From assembly GCA_951406725.2 (NCBI GenBank), contig OX597837.1:33294001-33358000 (forward strand): a stretch of DNA of 64,000 bases, in the 5' to 3' direction. Of the stretch, positions 1 to 13,073 are shown in pieces. The notes under the pieces are model-generated. The model did no database searches and was not told the DNA's origin. It saw only the letters and a program-made list of their open reading frames with translations. A program made the translations under genes and the position numbers. Origin of the DNA: Octopus vulgaris (lineage: Eukaryota). The stretch's first letter is position 1, and every line of letters starts with the position of its first letter.

Positions 1-170
1 CTAGTCAATTACTTTAACCGCAGTGTTTCACTGGTACTTAATCTATCAACCCTGAAAGGATGAAAGGCGAAGTCGACCTCAGCTGAATTTGAACACAGAA
101 CGTAAAGACGAATGAAATACTGCAAAGTATTTTGCCCTGAGTGCTAACGATTCTGCCAGCTCACCACCTA
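1..170 (-). mobile_element. SINE family B (partial)
   Basis: Reverse complement of the head GGTGAGCTGGCAGAATCGTTAGCAC and the core GTCGAC..GCCTTTCATCCTTTC..GATA..AAGTACCAG; (AAT)n flank. Confidence 0.8.
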
Positions 171-546
171 AAATTAATAATAATAATAATAATCTAGAAA
201 TATCTCATTTATTTAAATAAACATATGCCTAGGAAGCAGAAATGAAGATTATATAAGTGTCTGGTGAAGTATAAATGGTGTTTGTTTTTGCAGCACCATG
301 CATCACTGACTGTTTCCTGGTTCCCAAGACAAAGAAGTAGTCTTTATGAAGGAAGACTTGCTTGGTTTTAGAGTTAAAAATAAACAACACTGCACCCCTC
401 TCTCCCACCCACGCTGCCTTTTGGGGGAAAAAACAAACAAAATCAAAGGGAAATAATAGAAAAGGATTACTGAGGTAGGGGGAGAAATGGTTGATTGGCT
501 GGCTTAAAGGGTACTGATTTAGTAAATAGGTAGGTATGTGCTTAAG

Positions 547-584
<38 letters not shown>

Positions 585-585
<1 letters not shown>

Positions 586-732
586 CGTGACTGTGTGGTA
601 AGAAGCATGCTTCCCAACCACATGGTCCTGGGTTCAGTCCTACTGCATGGTATCTTGGGCAAGTGCCTTCTACTATAGCCACAGACTAACCAAAGCCTTA
701 TGGGTGGGTTTGGTAGAGAGAAACTGGAAGCC
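585..732 (+). mobile_element. SINE family A, 5' half
   Basis: tRNA-like head (CTGTGTGGTAAG..GGGTTCAGTCC) plus CTTGGGCAAGTG core, shared with many copies in the window. Confidence 0.8.
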
Positions 733-738
733 AGTTAA

Positions 739-799
<61 letters not shown>

Positions 800-1174
800 T
801 AAATTAGAGATAAAACCACTATTAGGCAAATCATACAATGAAAAACTTAAGCCAATACATAAGATTAATTAATTTATATTATTTAAATATATATCAAAAT
901 TATTAAAAAAGATAATTAATATAACACAACGATCGTTTCATGGCTGTTCAATTCTTAAAATTATATATATATATATAGTTAATCAAATATGTCCTCTAAA
1001 GAGAAGGTGTACTGGATTTCAGGTAAGTGCTCTTGGTATAAGAAATGTCTAAAACCTTAAAACAACATTTAGAGATTCGAGACCAAGTTTATATTAGAGA
1101 GTAAAAATAGGAAAAGTTATATCTTAAAATCACAGTAAGTCCATAAAACAAGCAATATTTTATTAATAAACAAA

Positions 1175-1436
1175 TAAAGTATAGCTATTATCATTAAAAA
1201 ATTATTTTGAAAGTTTTGAAAGTTCTTACGATCATTTCATGAATATATTTCCTCTCAAAATGAAATCTAAAGTTGATAAGCGTTGCTGGGAAGAATATCC
1301 ACTCATTAGAGTGGATATACTTCCCAATGATGCTTAACTTTAGATTTTATTTTGAGAGGAAATATATTCATGAAACAACTTTTAAGAACTTTCAAGACTT
1401 AAGAAATAATTTTTTAATGATCATAGCTGTACTTTA
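1175..1436. repeat. Long imperfect palindrome (~130-bp arms, 4-nt loop), possibly Penelope-like element derived
   Basis: Centre ATATCCACTC-ATTA-GAGTGGATAT (1295-1318); arms stay complementary out to TAAAGTATAGCT / AGCTGTACTTTA. Confidence 0.85.
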
Positions 1437-1660
1437 ACCCTTTAGTATTTAAACCGGCCATATCCGGCCAAAATAACTAATCTGTTTTATGTTCAAACTG
1501 ACCAGATCCAGGCTCTCACACCTACCCTACAATGTTATTCTACATTAAGTAATTACACCATCAACATCTTGAAGATATGAGATAATGCATGATTAATTCA
1601 AATCAATATGAATCAATAAGCATTATGTTTGATAGAATAATCTGAACACTAAAGGGTTAA
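1434..1660 (+). mobile_element. piggyBac-type MITE, family 1 (TTAA TSD)
   Basis: TTAA-CCCTTTAGT...ACTAAAGGG-TTAA; nearly identical to 57864-58090. Confidence 0.9.
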
Positions 1661-2361
1661 GTTATCTATCTGATCTGGCAAAGTTTCTACAGCTGGATGC
1701 CCTTCCTAAAGCCAACCACTCTGAGAGTGTAGTGGGTGCTTTTTACATGCCACCGGCACGAGGGCCAGTCGGGCGGTACTGGCTTCGGCCATGCTTGAAT
1801 GGTGCTTTTTACGTGCAACCAGCACAGGAATTAATTTTGAAATAATGAAGAATTCAGTAAAACTGTTTTGTTATCATTAAACTGACATTTGGAACATAAA
1901 TAAACTTGAAATTTTGATGGAAGCTTTTAATTTAGATCACTTTAAAAGAGACAGTTTATATTATAGGACCAAGGGCAATATCAGAAGGATTCATTTTTAC
2001 CAATGTCCTGTATCAGAGAGCTAAGGGTTAGGGTTTCAGTTTCTATCTTTCAGATTCAACCACAAGGCTTTGGTTGACCTGGGGCTATAGTAGGAGATGC
2101 TTACCCAAGGTTCCATGCAGTAGGCCTGAACCCTTAGGGCATATGGATGGGAAGCCAGCAAGCTAACTATACAACCACACATTGTGGCGGACAAAAGGAA
2201 AGCAAAAAAAACAAACAACAAACAATGCAGTCACGGATATAAAGATATGAACACATTGGCTAGAAATCTGATAGTAGAGTCAAGGCCAGAGGACATCCGT
2301 CATCTCAAGCTGACCAAGGTTAAATAAACAAAATACTATCAACCATGACAGAGTGCATACA

Positions 2362-3150
2362 TAGGCACAGGCAAGACTGTGGTAAGAAGCTTGCTTCCCA
2401 ACCACACAGTAACGGGTTCAATCCTACTGTGTGGCACTTTGGGCAGGTGTCTTTTACTATGGCCTTGAGCTGACCACAGCCTTGTGAGTGGATTTGGTAG
2501 ACAGAAACTGAAAGAAGCCCTTCATGTATACACACACACATATCCCTCTCTCTCTTTCGGAGAGGCACTGAGCAGCTATACGCACACATACACACACGGC
2601 AGTAACTCCCGCCTACCGAATTCAATCACAAAGCTTCAGTGGGCTCAGGGCTATAGTGGAAGACACCTACCCAAAGTGCCATGCAGTGGGACTGAACCCG
2701 AAACCATGTAGTTAGAAAGCAAGCTCCCTAACCACGTGTGTGTATGTATGTGTCTGTGTTTGTCACCCCACCATCGTTTGATAACCGATGTCAATGTATT
2801 TAAATCCCTGTAACATAGTGGTTCAGCTTACAAAAGAGTAAGTCCTGGGGTTGATTTCTTTGTCTAAAAACCCTTTAACCCTTTAATGTTTAAACCGGCC
2901 ATATCCGGCTCAAATATTCCAACTGTTTTATGTTCAAACTGGCAAGATTCAGCCTCTTACACCTATCCTACAATGTCATTCTAAAGCTAAACATGCACAC
3001 CGTCAAAATCTCAAAGCTACAACATAATGCATGATTAATTTGAAATGACATGGATTAATAAGTATTAGATTTAACAGAGTAATCTGAATGCTAAAGGGTT
3101 AAGGCGGTGCTCCAGCATGGCCACAGTCAAATGACAAACAAACAAACAAA
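2362..3150 (+). mobile_element. SINE A carrying a nested antisense SINE A fragment (~2600-2735) and a MITE (2875-3102)
   Basis: Head 2362-2525, internal microsatellite, inverted head fragment, then a 3' body interrupted at CCCT-TTAA|GGCGGTGCTCC by the MITE. Confidence 0.8.
2875..3102 (+). mobile_element. piggyBac-type MITE, family 1, inside SINE A
   Basis: TTAA-CCCTTTA...TAAAGGG-TTAA; removing it and one TTAA restores the SINE sequence. Confidence 0.9.
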
Positions 3151-3173
3151 AGAATAAAAGAATACACACATGT

Positions 3174-4125
<952 letters not shown>

Positions 4126-5463
4126 AGTGCACACAGACACACACATCCACACACACACGCAAGTGCACAGACACACACACACATTCAGACATTCACAAAT
4201 GTATGCATGCACACATGCATAACCTCACACACGCACAACCACAACAATTCACAGGTATGATGAATTATGCAACATCAAGAACTCACAACTGAAATGCATA
4301 AGTTTACGGAGGCACACACAGCATCTAAAGGTCATGGCGTTGAAACTTCTGTTTACATAAACAAACAAACAAGAGAGAAAAGAATGCAACCCCCCCCCCA
4401 CCCCACCAATATCAAATTGCTGTCCTGAATTTGGCTTAATGGTGGTGGTGAAGGTGGTGGTGGTCGTGGTGGGAATGGTGAGGAGTGCCAGGCTCTGTGA
4501 CAGCTCCAGATAACTATCAGCTATGCCGCATTTATTTTTGACTGGCCTCCGTGCTGAGGGCACGTAACAAACACCATCCGAGCGTGCACACACACACGCA
4601 CAGCCTCCACAAGTCACACACACCATCCACAAGTGCACACACACACACACACACATCCACAAGACAAACACCATCCGAGCGTGGCACACACACCATCCTC
4701 GTCTGGCACACACACACACACATAAAAACATCATCCACAAATGCAAACACACACACACAAGTGCACACAGACACACACATCCACACACACGCAAGTACAC
4801 ATACACACACACACACATTCAGACATTCACAAATGTATGCATGCACAAACATGCATAACCATAAACACTGCCACATCTGACTGGCCTGGTGCAGCCTTCG
4901 GGCTTCCCAGACCCCAGTTGAACCGTCCAACCCATGCTAGCATGGAAAGCGGACGTTAAACGATGATGATGATGATGATGATGATGCCCATTGTTGCAGT
5001 AATGCACCTTGGTCATGAACACAGGACGATACCTGTAACAAAACACAAACCACTGACCCCCCCTCACTCTGCTCACTGTCTTATACACACTCACCTGTAC
5101 AAAACTTTGACCATTTTGGTAGCAACCCACCCGAGACTGACCTTACAGTCTACCTGTTTCATGATCAAACCAGCCAGAACTGACCTCTCCTCCCTACCCT
5201 AGCTACGTTCTGAGTTCAAATTCTGCTGGGGTCGGCTTTGCCTTTCATCCTTTTGGGGGATGGGGATTGGGTTGATAAATTAAGTACCAGGGAAATACTG
5301 GGGGGAGGTCGATGAAATCAACTAGCCCCCCTCCCCCAAAATGGCTGCCGTGGAAAAATTTGAAACCATTATTATTAAACTGGTATTTGGAAGAATAACA
5401 TACAAAATATATGAAACATAACCTCATAGAAATATTATGTAAAGTTATTTAAATCCAAATATT

Positions 5464-5891
5464 TTAACCCCTTAGCATTTAAACCAGCCAAATCTGGCCC
5501 AAATATTCTATTGTAAGTTCAAACTGGCCCAAATATTCTATTTTAAGTTCAAACTGGCCCAAATATTCTATTTTAAGTTCAAACTGGCCCAAATATTCTA
5601 TTTTAAGTTCAAACTGGCCCAAATATTCTATTTTAAGTTCAAACTGGCCCAAATATTCTATTTTAAGTTCAAACTGGCCCAAATATTCTATTTTAAGTTC
5701 AAACTGGCCCAAATATTCTATTTTAAGTTCAAACTGGCCAGATCCAGCCTCTTACACCTACCCTATAATATCATACTAAAAATAATTACCTCATTAAAAT
5801 TTCAAAGCTATGAGATAATGCATGATTAATGCAAAACCACGTGAATGAATAAGCATAATAACCGAGTGAGTAAACAATGACAAAGGATTAA
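5464..5891 (+). mobile_element. MITE family 1 with an internal 30-bp tandem expansion (8 units, 5491-5730)
   Basis: TTAACCCCTTAGC start, repeated unit AAACTGGCCCAAATATTCTATTTTAAGTTC, then MITE body and a degenerate AAAGGATTAA end. Confidence 0.88.
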
Positions 5892-6404
5892 AACAGATGT
5901 TATCTTTATATCGTCGAGAGGAGTGGTGGTCGCAAGTGGTTCTCTATCAAAAGGAATAGATTACACTTAATTGTAACCACACACCACAATTGTTGAGTGT
6001 ACATAAATAAGCAGAAATTTCCAACAATGTTATTGTTCACAAATGCTTGAATCATCGTTATTACCCTCATTACTGAATGTCCATCATGCAGCTGGCATGG
6101 ATGGGTTGGCCAGTTCAACAGGATCTGATAACCAGACTGAGCTCCAGTCTTGCTCATTTTAGACTGGTTTCTATGCCTGGATGCCCTTCCTGACACCAAC
6201 CACTTTCACAGTGTACTGGGTGCTTTTTTTGTGGCACCAGCATTAGTGAGGTTACTGAGTAACTCGCAATACAAGGCCCCTCGGCATAGTAAGGTGATGC
6301 AGTCTTGACGGGAGGTGGCTTTGTGCTTGGTGTTGAGAGGTTAATGTATGATGGAGGAACAGTAATAGGTGTCTGGCTGTAGAGGAGATACATGATTGAC
6401 AATG

Positions 6405-6808
6405 ACAATAGCAATTCCCTTAACCCCTTGGGAGTCGTTGGGGGCATTACAGCCCTGCTGCATATCTATAGCAAGAAAGCTTGGTGAAGCCCATCCCCCT
6501 CCAGGCTAAACTCATTTCTACAGCTGTGTGGGCTGGAGCAACATGAAAATGAAGCGTTTTGCTCAAGAACACAACAGATTGCCCGGTCCAGGGCTTGAAA
6601 CCACAATCTTATGGTTGTGAATCCAACATCCTAACCACTAAGTCACGTGCCTCCACTAGTGGCACGCGTTTCTACAGCTGAGTGGACTGGAGCAATGTGA
6701 AGTGGAGTGTTTCGCTCAAGAATACAATGCATCACCTGGTCCAAGGATTGAAACCACAATGTTAAGATTGTGAATACAAAACCCTAACCACTAAACCATA
6801 TACCTCCC
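6405..6808 (-). mobile_element. Two tandem SINE family C copies
   Basis: tRNA-like head (GGAGGCACGTGACTTAGTGGTTAGG..GGTTTCAA) plus TTCTTGAGCAAAAC..TTGCTCCAG..CAGCTG domain, present twice. Confidence 0.75.
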
Positions 6809-6933
6809 CATGGTTACCCTAGCTGAAAAGGAAGAAAGGAGGGTGGTGGTGGTGGTGCAGTTTTAGAACATATCCTCAGGAAACTAAATAGATAGAGGGA
6901 GAATGGCCATGTCAGGAGGTTCAAGAGAACAAG

Positions 6934-7097
6934 GAAGGAGAGCGGGGGGAAAGGAGAGTAGGTGAACGGAGAGCGGGGGAAAAGGAGAGCGGGGGAAAAG
7001 GAGAGCGGGGGGGAAAGGAGAGCGGGGGAACGGAGAGCGGGGGAAAAGGAGAGCGGGGGGAAAGGAGAGCGGGGAAAGGAGAGCGGGGAAAGGAGAG
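6934..7097. repeat. G-rich ~15-bp minisatellite (AAGGAGAGCGGGGG[G]A)
   Basis: About 10 visible units. Confidence 0.9.
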
Positions 7098-7253
7098 TAG
7101 AGATGTAGATAGGCATACACTTCACTCACACCATGCAATATATACAACATATACTAAAACAAAAACAAAAAAAACAGTAAAAACAAAGAAATGAAACAAA
7201 ATATATGAAATGACAAACAAAATAATAAAAAAATTTCGGATTGTCCAACTCAC

Positions 7254-8068
7254 CCACAATTTGGAGCGGGGCACCATCTTGCATCAGGGTTTGAAACCAG
7301 TACCCGCCGGACCATAAAGTCTTCATACTTCTGTATGAGGACTGGGTCCTTAAGTATCATTTTTATGTCATTCGGGTGGAAACGTTCTGCACACTCGGGG
7401 CAGGCGATGTTCACCCGACTTTCCATAATCTCAATCCGGAGATATTGTTTAAGGCAGTCAATACACGAGCGGTGAAAACAGGTGCTGATATTAGGGTAGA
7501 GCTCTTCAGGATATTCGGATAGACATAGCGGACATTCTCTTTCGGGGGCACTCGATTGCTGCGATTGTTGTTGCTGCTGTTGTTGCTGCTGCTGCTGCTG
7601 TTGATTTTGTTGCTGTTGTTGATTTTGTTGTTGTGGTTGATTTTGTTGTTGTGGTTGATTTTGTTGTTGTGGTTGATTTTGTTGTTGTAGTTGTTGTTGT
7701 TGATTTTGTTGTTGTTGATCTTCTTGTTGCTGTTGGAGTGTGTCTTGGAGTAGGTGTGTTGCTGGCTGCGTTGAGGTCTCTGATAAGTAGACATTCTGTT
7801 GGGGATACGACGACGACACGGGCAGGGAATCTGAAGATGAAGAGGACGACGAATGCCCGGTTCTGCTGTATTTGTTGTCAATGAGGTTGGTATTCGTTAT
7901 GCTGCTCTCGGAGCGGCTGTCCAAATCGATGCTGGCCTGCGATTTGGAGCGCCGGTGGTGCGAGTAAAATATCCGCCTGAGAGAGAAACGAGCAGAACTT
8001 TTCCTCTTTTCTGAACTCTTTGACGAGCTCGAAGTAGTGGAGACGACTTCTTTGTCTTTCCCTTTCAT
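7254..8068 (-). CDS. RNF19: First coding exon of an RBR-type E3 ubiquitin-protein ligase, RNF19A/B (Dorfin)-like; partial, remaining exons not seen in the window
   Basis: The ORF encodes a C3HC4 RING1 ([17 protein letters not shown]), RNF19-typical '[30 protein letters not shown]' and '[26 protein letters not shown]' (IBR start). It ends at a phase-2 donor GG|GTGAGT (7254/7253). ATG at 8068 has an in-frame TGA upstream (8092-8090). The exon acceptor is TTTTTCAG| at 8104/8103. Confidence 0.93.
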
Positions 8069-8103
8069 CTTCACAGCTTTGCTTCTATTTCAACAGATCA
8101 TGT
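8069..8103 (-). other. 5'UTR part of the RNF19 coding exon, containing a 3-codon uORF (M-I-C-stop, 8101-8090)
   Basis: Polypyrimidine tract plus CAG acceptor, followed by ACATGATCTGTTGAAATAG...GTGAAGATG. Confidence 0.7.
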
Positions 8104-8266
8104 CTGAAAAATATAAAAAGTTGGGTTTTTTTTAAAATAGAAGACATCTTTCAATAAATATATGCTTGGCAAATGAAAATATGAAACTCAAGTATTTTAG
8201 TAAATAATCCAGTGGTAATTTACAGCACCAACAAAGAATATGTGTGTGTGTGTGTATTTTAAATAT

Positions 8267-8652
8267 GGATGGAAGCACTCCGTCGGTTACGACGATGAGG
8301 GTTCCGGTTGATCTGAATCAACGGAACAGCCTGCTCGTGAAATTAACGTGTAAGTGGCTGAGCACTCCACAGACACGTGTACCCTTAACGTAGTTCTCGG
8401 GGATATTCAGCATGACACAGAGAGTGACAAGGCCGGCCCTTTGAAATACAGGTACAACAGAAACAGGAAGTAAGAGTGAGAGAAAGTTATGGTGAAAGAG
8501 TACAGCAGGGATCACCACCATCCCCTGCCGGAGCCTCGTGGGGCTTTTTGGGTGTTTTCGCTCAATAAACACTCACAATGCCCGGTCTGGGAATCAAAAC
8601 CGCGATCCTATGACCGCGAGTCCGCTGCCCTAACCACTGGGCCATTGCGCCT
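8267..8652 (-). mobile_element. Full-length tRNA-derived SINE (family C-related) flanked by a ~117-bp direct repeat
   Basis: Head GGCGCAATGGCCCAGTGGTTAGG..GGTTTTGATTCC; tail ..CGTAACCGACGGAGTG shared with 43340-43652. Flanks 8148-8266 and 8651-8765 are duplicated. Confidence 0.85.
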
Positions 8653-8838
8653 TTCAATAAATATATGCTTGGCAAGTGAAAATATGAAACTCAAGTATTT
8701 TAGTAAATAATCCAGTGGTAATTTACAGCACCAACAAAGAATGTGTGTGTGTGTATTTTAAATATATATGTGCTTGAGAAGACCTGTTGAGTTAAATGAA
8801 CTTGTAGTAGTGGCTGATGCCAATGCTGCCTGACTGGA

Positions 8839-9409
8839 TAAGAAGTCTGCTTCCCAGCCACATGGTTCCGAGTTCAGTCCCACTGCATGGCACTTTGGGC
8901 AAGTGTCATTTGCTATAGCCTTGGGCTGACCGAGGCCTTTCAAGTGTATTTGGTACATGGAAACTGAAAGAAGTCCATCATAAATGTGTGTGCATATACA
9001 CACGTGCATGTGTACATATTTACGCGTGTCTTTGGATTTGCTTTTGTCCTCCACCAACACTTGACAACCAGTGGTGGTTTGTTTATGTCCCTGTAACTTA
9101 GTGGTTTGCCAAAAGACACCGATGGAATAAATAAGAGGCTTAACATGAGGAATGTACTGTGGCTGATTTATTTGACTAACCCTATCAAGGTAGTGCCCCA
9201 GCATGGCCACAGTCCAATGACTCAAACTACGAAAAAGGTACATTATATATGTAGGAGTGGCTGTGTGGTAAGTAGCTTGCGTACCAATCAAAAGGTTCCG
9301 GGTTCAGTCCCACTGCGTGGCATCTTGGGCAAGTGACATCTACTATAGCCTCGGGCTGACCAAAGCCTTGTGAGTGGATTTGGTAGACGGAAACTGAAAG
9401 AAGCCCGTC

Positions 9410-9464
<55 letters not shown>

Positions 9465-9656
9465 CATGTGTGTTTGTCCCCCTAGTATTGCTTGACAACC
9501 GATGGTGGTGTGTTTATGTCCCCGTCACTTAGTGGTTCGGCAAAAGAGACCGATAGAATAAGTACTGGGCTTACAAAGAATAAGCCCCGGGGTCGAGTTG
9601 CTTGATTAAAGGTGGTGCTCCAGCATGCCCGCAGTCAAATGACTGAAACAAGTAAA

Positions 9657-9659
<3 letters not shown>
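8839..9659 (+). mobile_element. Two tandem SINE A copies (old 8839-9238; young full-length 9251-9659)
   Basis: Both show head, core, internal microsatellite and the CCAGCATG..CAGTC(A/C)AATGACT 3' end. Confidence 0.88.
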
Positions 9660-9753
<94 letters not shown>

Positions 9754-10733
9754 TCTCGGAGTAGATGAAGGAGGAGTGACTTTTGTGGTTTAATGCATTA
9801 ATATGAGTGAATGGAGACAGAAATTACTTATTAAACAGAACCCGCAACTGAATAGGAAAAACGCGGCTGATGTGAACGATCATATGTGGAAATGTATATG
9901 TGTGTATGTATATATATATATATCTTCGTGTGCGCATTTATGTATGTACATTAATATACATTCGTGTGTGTGTGTGTGTGTGTGTGTATTTATATATAGA
10001 CAAAGAGAGATGTGATGGAGAAAAAAGGTGTGTTGGATGGAGCAGAGTGAGATAGGAGGGAGAGAAAGAGGGAAGGGCCAGGTTGAGAAACAGAGGAGAG
10101 AAAAGGAGAGAAAAACGAGAGAGAGAGGACCGTTGCCATGACAACCATCACAAACAATCCTCTAGTCAACCCCCCACCCCTCCCCGTCACCCACACCATG
10201 ACCATATGAGATACAATGCAAAAGACTGAAGAACAAAGGCAGATTGTCAGACACATGGAAGATAGCATGAAAGAAAACAACAACAAAACAAAAAAACTGT
10301 ACAGAAAGAGAGAGAGAAAGAGAGAGAGCAGGGAGAGGAGAGCAGAAAAACTAGACAAAGAAATATATAAGAACAGGTGGTGGTGGGGGGTAGGTAGAGG
10401 TGGTGATTAATTATATTCGCATTAATTAATGTCTACTATAGTTGGGTGAACACACACACACACACACACACACAGCATCAAATTTGCGGTGATCACTAAT
10501 TCTGTCTGTTGCTATGGTTTATTGCAACCACTTCACTGCATTCACCACCACCACCACCACCCTGCCCAACTCTACCCCGCCACACACACACACACACACA
10601 CTCTCTGGAAATATCATCCTACTACAGTGCCTATCAACCATTTTTTACTACTGGGCCCCTTTTAATTCCTATTTTACTCAGGTGGTCCCTCATAACCATT
10701 TGATGTTCAAAAAGTCCCTTTATATTCTAATAA

Positions 10734-11128
10734 TCTTTATATATAAAAGTCAAGTTGTGTGTGTCTCCTACGATTTAGATTCCTAACTACTCCCACATTT
10801 TGCGGTGCAGTGTAACCAAAAGCAGGTATCTTATAGTTGTGATTCATATCGAGCCCTTCTGGGTATTAGCGCACGTCTACGATGAGTCTACGATTTAAAA
10901 AAAAAATTTACCATAATTTTTTTCCCATTTTTAATGCATTTTTTTGCTATTATATAAGGGAAGTAACTCTCTAAAAATGTATTATTAAATCTCAGAACGT
11001 AAAAAGGTACAGTAACACCCCACTTTGTGGTTAGCCATATTGAGATGGCTATTATACTTTACATCTCTAAAAATGCTTATATAGTTATTTCTCTTACAAA
11101 CCCTAGCAACGCCGGGTGATACTGCTAG
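10734..11128 (+). mobile_element. Non-autonomous Helitron-like element
   Basis: A|TC 5' end, subterminal GC hairpin (CCCTAGCAACGCCGGG), CTAG|T 3' end, no TSD; homologous to 51023 and 59575. Confidence 0.85.
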
Positions 11129-11186
11129 TTAAATATAAAAATTCATATATAACAGAAGTTGTTTATGTGTGTGTGTGTGTGTATAA

Positions 11187-11550
11187 TTTTACTTGTTGCA
11201 GTCATTTGACTGCAGCCAGGCTGGAGCACCACCTTAAATGGTTTTTAGTCAAACAAATTGACCCCAGGACTTATTCTTTGTAAGTCTAGTGCTTATTCTA
11301 TCAGTCTCTTGCCGAACCACTAAGTTATGGGGACGTAAACACACCAACATCGGTTGTCAAACAATGGTAGGGGCAGGGGCAGACAGACACATAATGGGCT
11401 TCTTTCAGTCTCTGTCTACCAAATCCACTCACAAAGCTTTAGTCAGCCTGACGCTGGAGCAGAAGACACTTGCCCAAGGTGTCATGCAGTGGGACTGAAC
11501 CTGGAACGATGTGGTTGGGAAGCAAGCTTCTTACCACACAGCCATGCCTG
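11187..11550 (-). mobile_element. SINE A
   Basis: Full reverse-complement match to family A. Confidence 0.85.
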
Positions 11551-11773
11551 AAGTATAACCAATTCACTGTGCACAAATTTTAAAAGAAAATCTTTAAAAA
11601 AACCCCAAAGGGCCATATGGACCCAGGTTAAGAACCACAGCCCTATTACCTTAAAAACAAAGGCAAAATTGAAGAGCACATTAGATAATGTAGTCCTCAA
11701 TATGCAAAAACACAGGATGGCCACAACTGGATTGCCCTTGTTCATAACTTGACTGAATCAGTTCCAGCTTAAG

Positions 11774-11920
11774 GTTAACTCTTGAGAATTTAAGCTGGCC
11801 ATATTCTGCCAAAACATATCGGTTTTATGTTTAAACCAGCCAGATTCAGCCTCTCACGCCTAGCCTACAATGTCATTCTAAAAATAAACAATCAAACCAT
11901 TGAAATCTTGAAGCTAGGAG
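11774..11920 (+). mobile_element. Truncated, degenerate MITE family 1
   Basis: GGCCATAT..GTTTTATGTT..CCAGATTCAGCCTCTCAC..CTACAATGTCATTCTAAAAAT; no right TIR. Confidence 0.7.
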
Positions 11921-11974
11921 AAGGGTGAACAACAACAACAACAAGAGCAACAATTAAAATAACCCCTCTACATG

Positions 11975-12295
11975 TTTCAATCAGTAAAGGGTGAAGGTCC
12001 TAGAAAGTTCTCCTCTGAGACACAAGTCCAAGCAAGGTTGTTTATGGAAGACCAACAGTCACTCATGCATACCAACTTCCCCTCTCCATGCCACCGATGT
12101 TATCCAAGGGAAAGGCAAAGGGTCCGATACAGCTTGGCACCAGTGACATCGCAACTCATTTCTACAGATGAATGAACTGGAGCAATGTGAAATAAAGTGT
12201 CTTGCTCAAGAACACAACACACTGCCCGGTCCAAGAATCGAACTCACCACCTCCTGATTGCGAACCCAATGCTCTAACCACTGAACCATGCAACT
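11975..12295 (-). mobile_element. SINE family C with a distinct 3' tail
   Basis: Head and central domain (TTCTTGAGCAAGACACTTTATTTCACATTGCTCCAG) shared with family C; the tail differs. Confidence 0.75.
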
Positions 12296-12690
12296 TCAAT
12301 CAGCAGGAATTTAATTACAGCAATTATTTCTAGAGGTAGAACAATGGCAGGTCGAAGTGGGTAAGTGTTGATCTGAGCTGCTGGAGTCCAGATGATGTGA
12401 GTCTGCGTTTAACCCATTACAATGCGAACCCAAAGTTTGAACACCTTGCTATTTCATAAAAGGTCAGGTGATATTTCAAGTGGAAGGCAGCAAGTGGCAG
12501 AACTGTTAGAGGATCAGGCAAAATGCTTAGCTTCACATTCTGAGTTCCAATTCCACCAAGGTCGACTTTACCTTTCATCTTTTGGGGTTGAGAAAATATG
12601 TACCAGTTGAGCACTGCGGTCAATGTAATTTCTCTCTTGAAATTGCTGGCCTTGTGCCTAAATTTGAAACGAATATGATATTTTGATTAT

Positions 12691-13073
12691 TCTTTTACTC
12701 ATTTCAATGGTTTGACTGTGGCCATGCTGGAGCACCACCGTAAAAAGTTTTTAGGAGGAAAAATCGACCCCAGGACTTACTCTTTGTAAGCCTAGTACTT
12801 ATTCTATCGGTTTCTTTTGCTAAACCGCTAAGTTATTGGGACATAAACACACCAACATTGGTTGCCAAGCAATGGTGGTGGGAGAATGAACACACACACA
12901 CACATATGTATGATAGACGTCTTTGAGTTTCTGTTGAGCAAATCCACTCAGAAGGCTTTGGTCAGCCTGAAGGTATAGTAGAAGACACTTGCCCGAAGTG
13001 ACACGCAGTGGGACTGAACTTGGAACCATTTGGTTGGGAAGCAAGCTTCTTACTCCACAACCACCTATTGCGC
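12691..13073 (-). mobile_element. SINE A
   Basis: Full reverse-complement match to family A. Confidence 0.85.
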
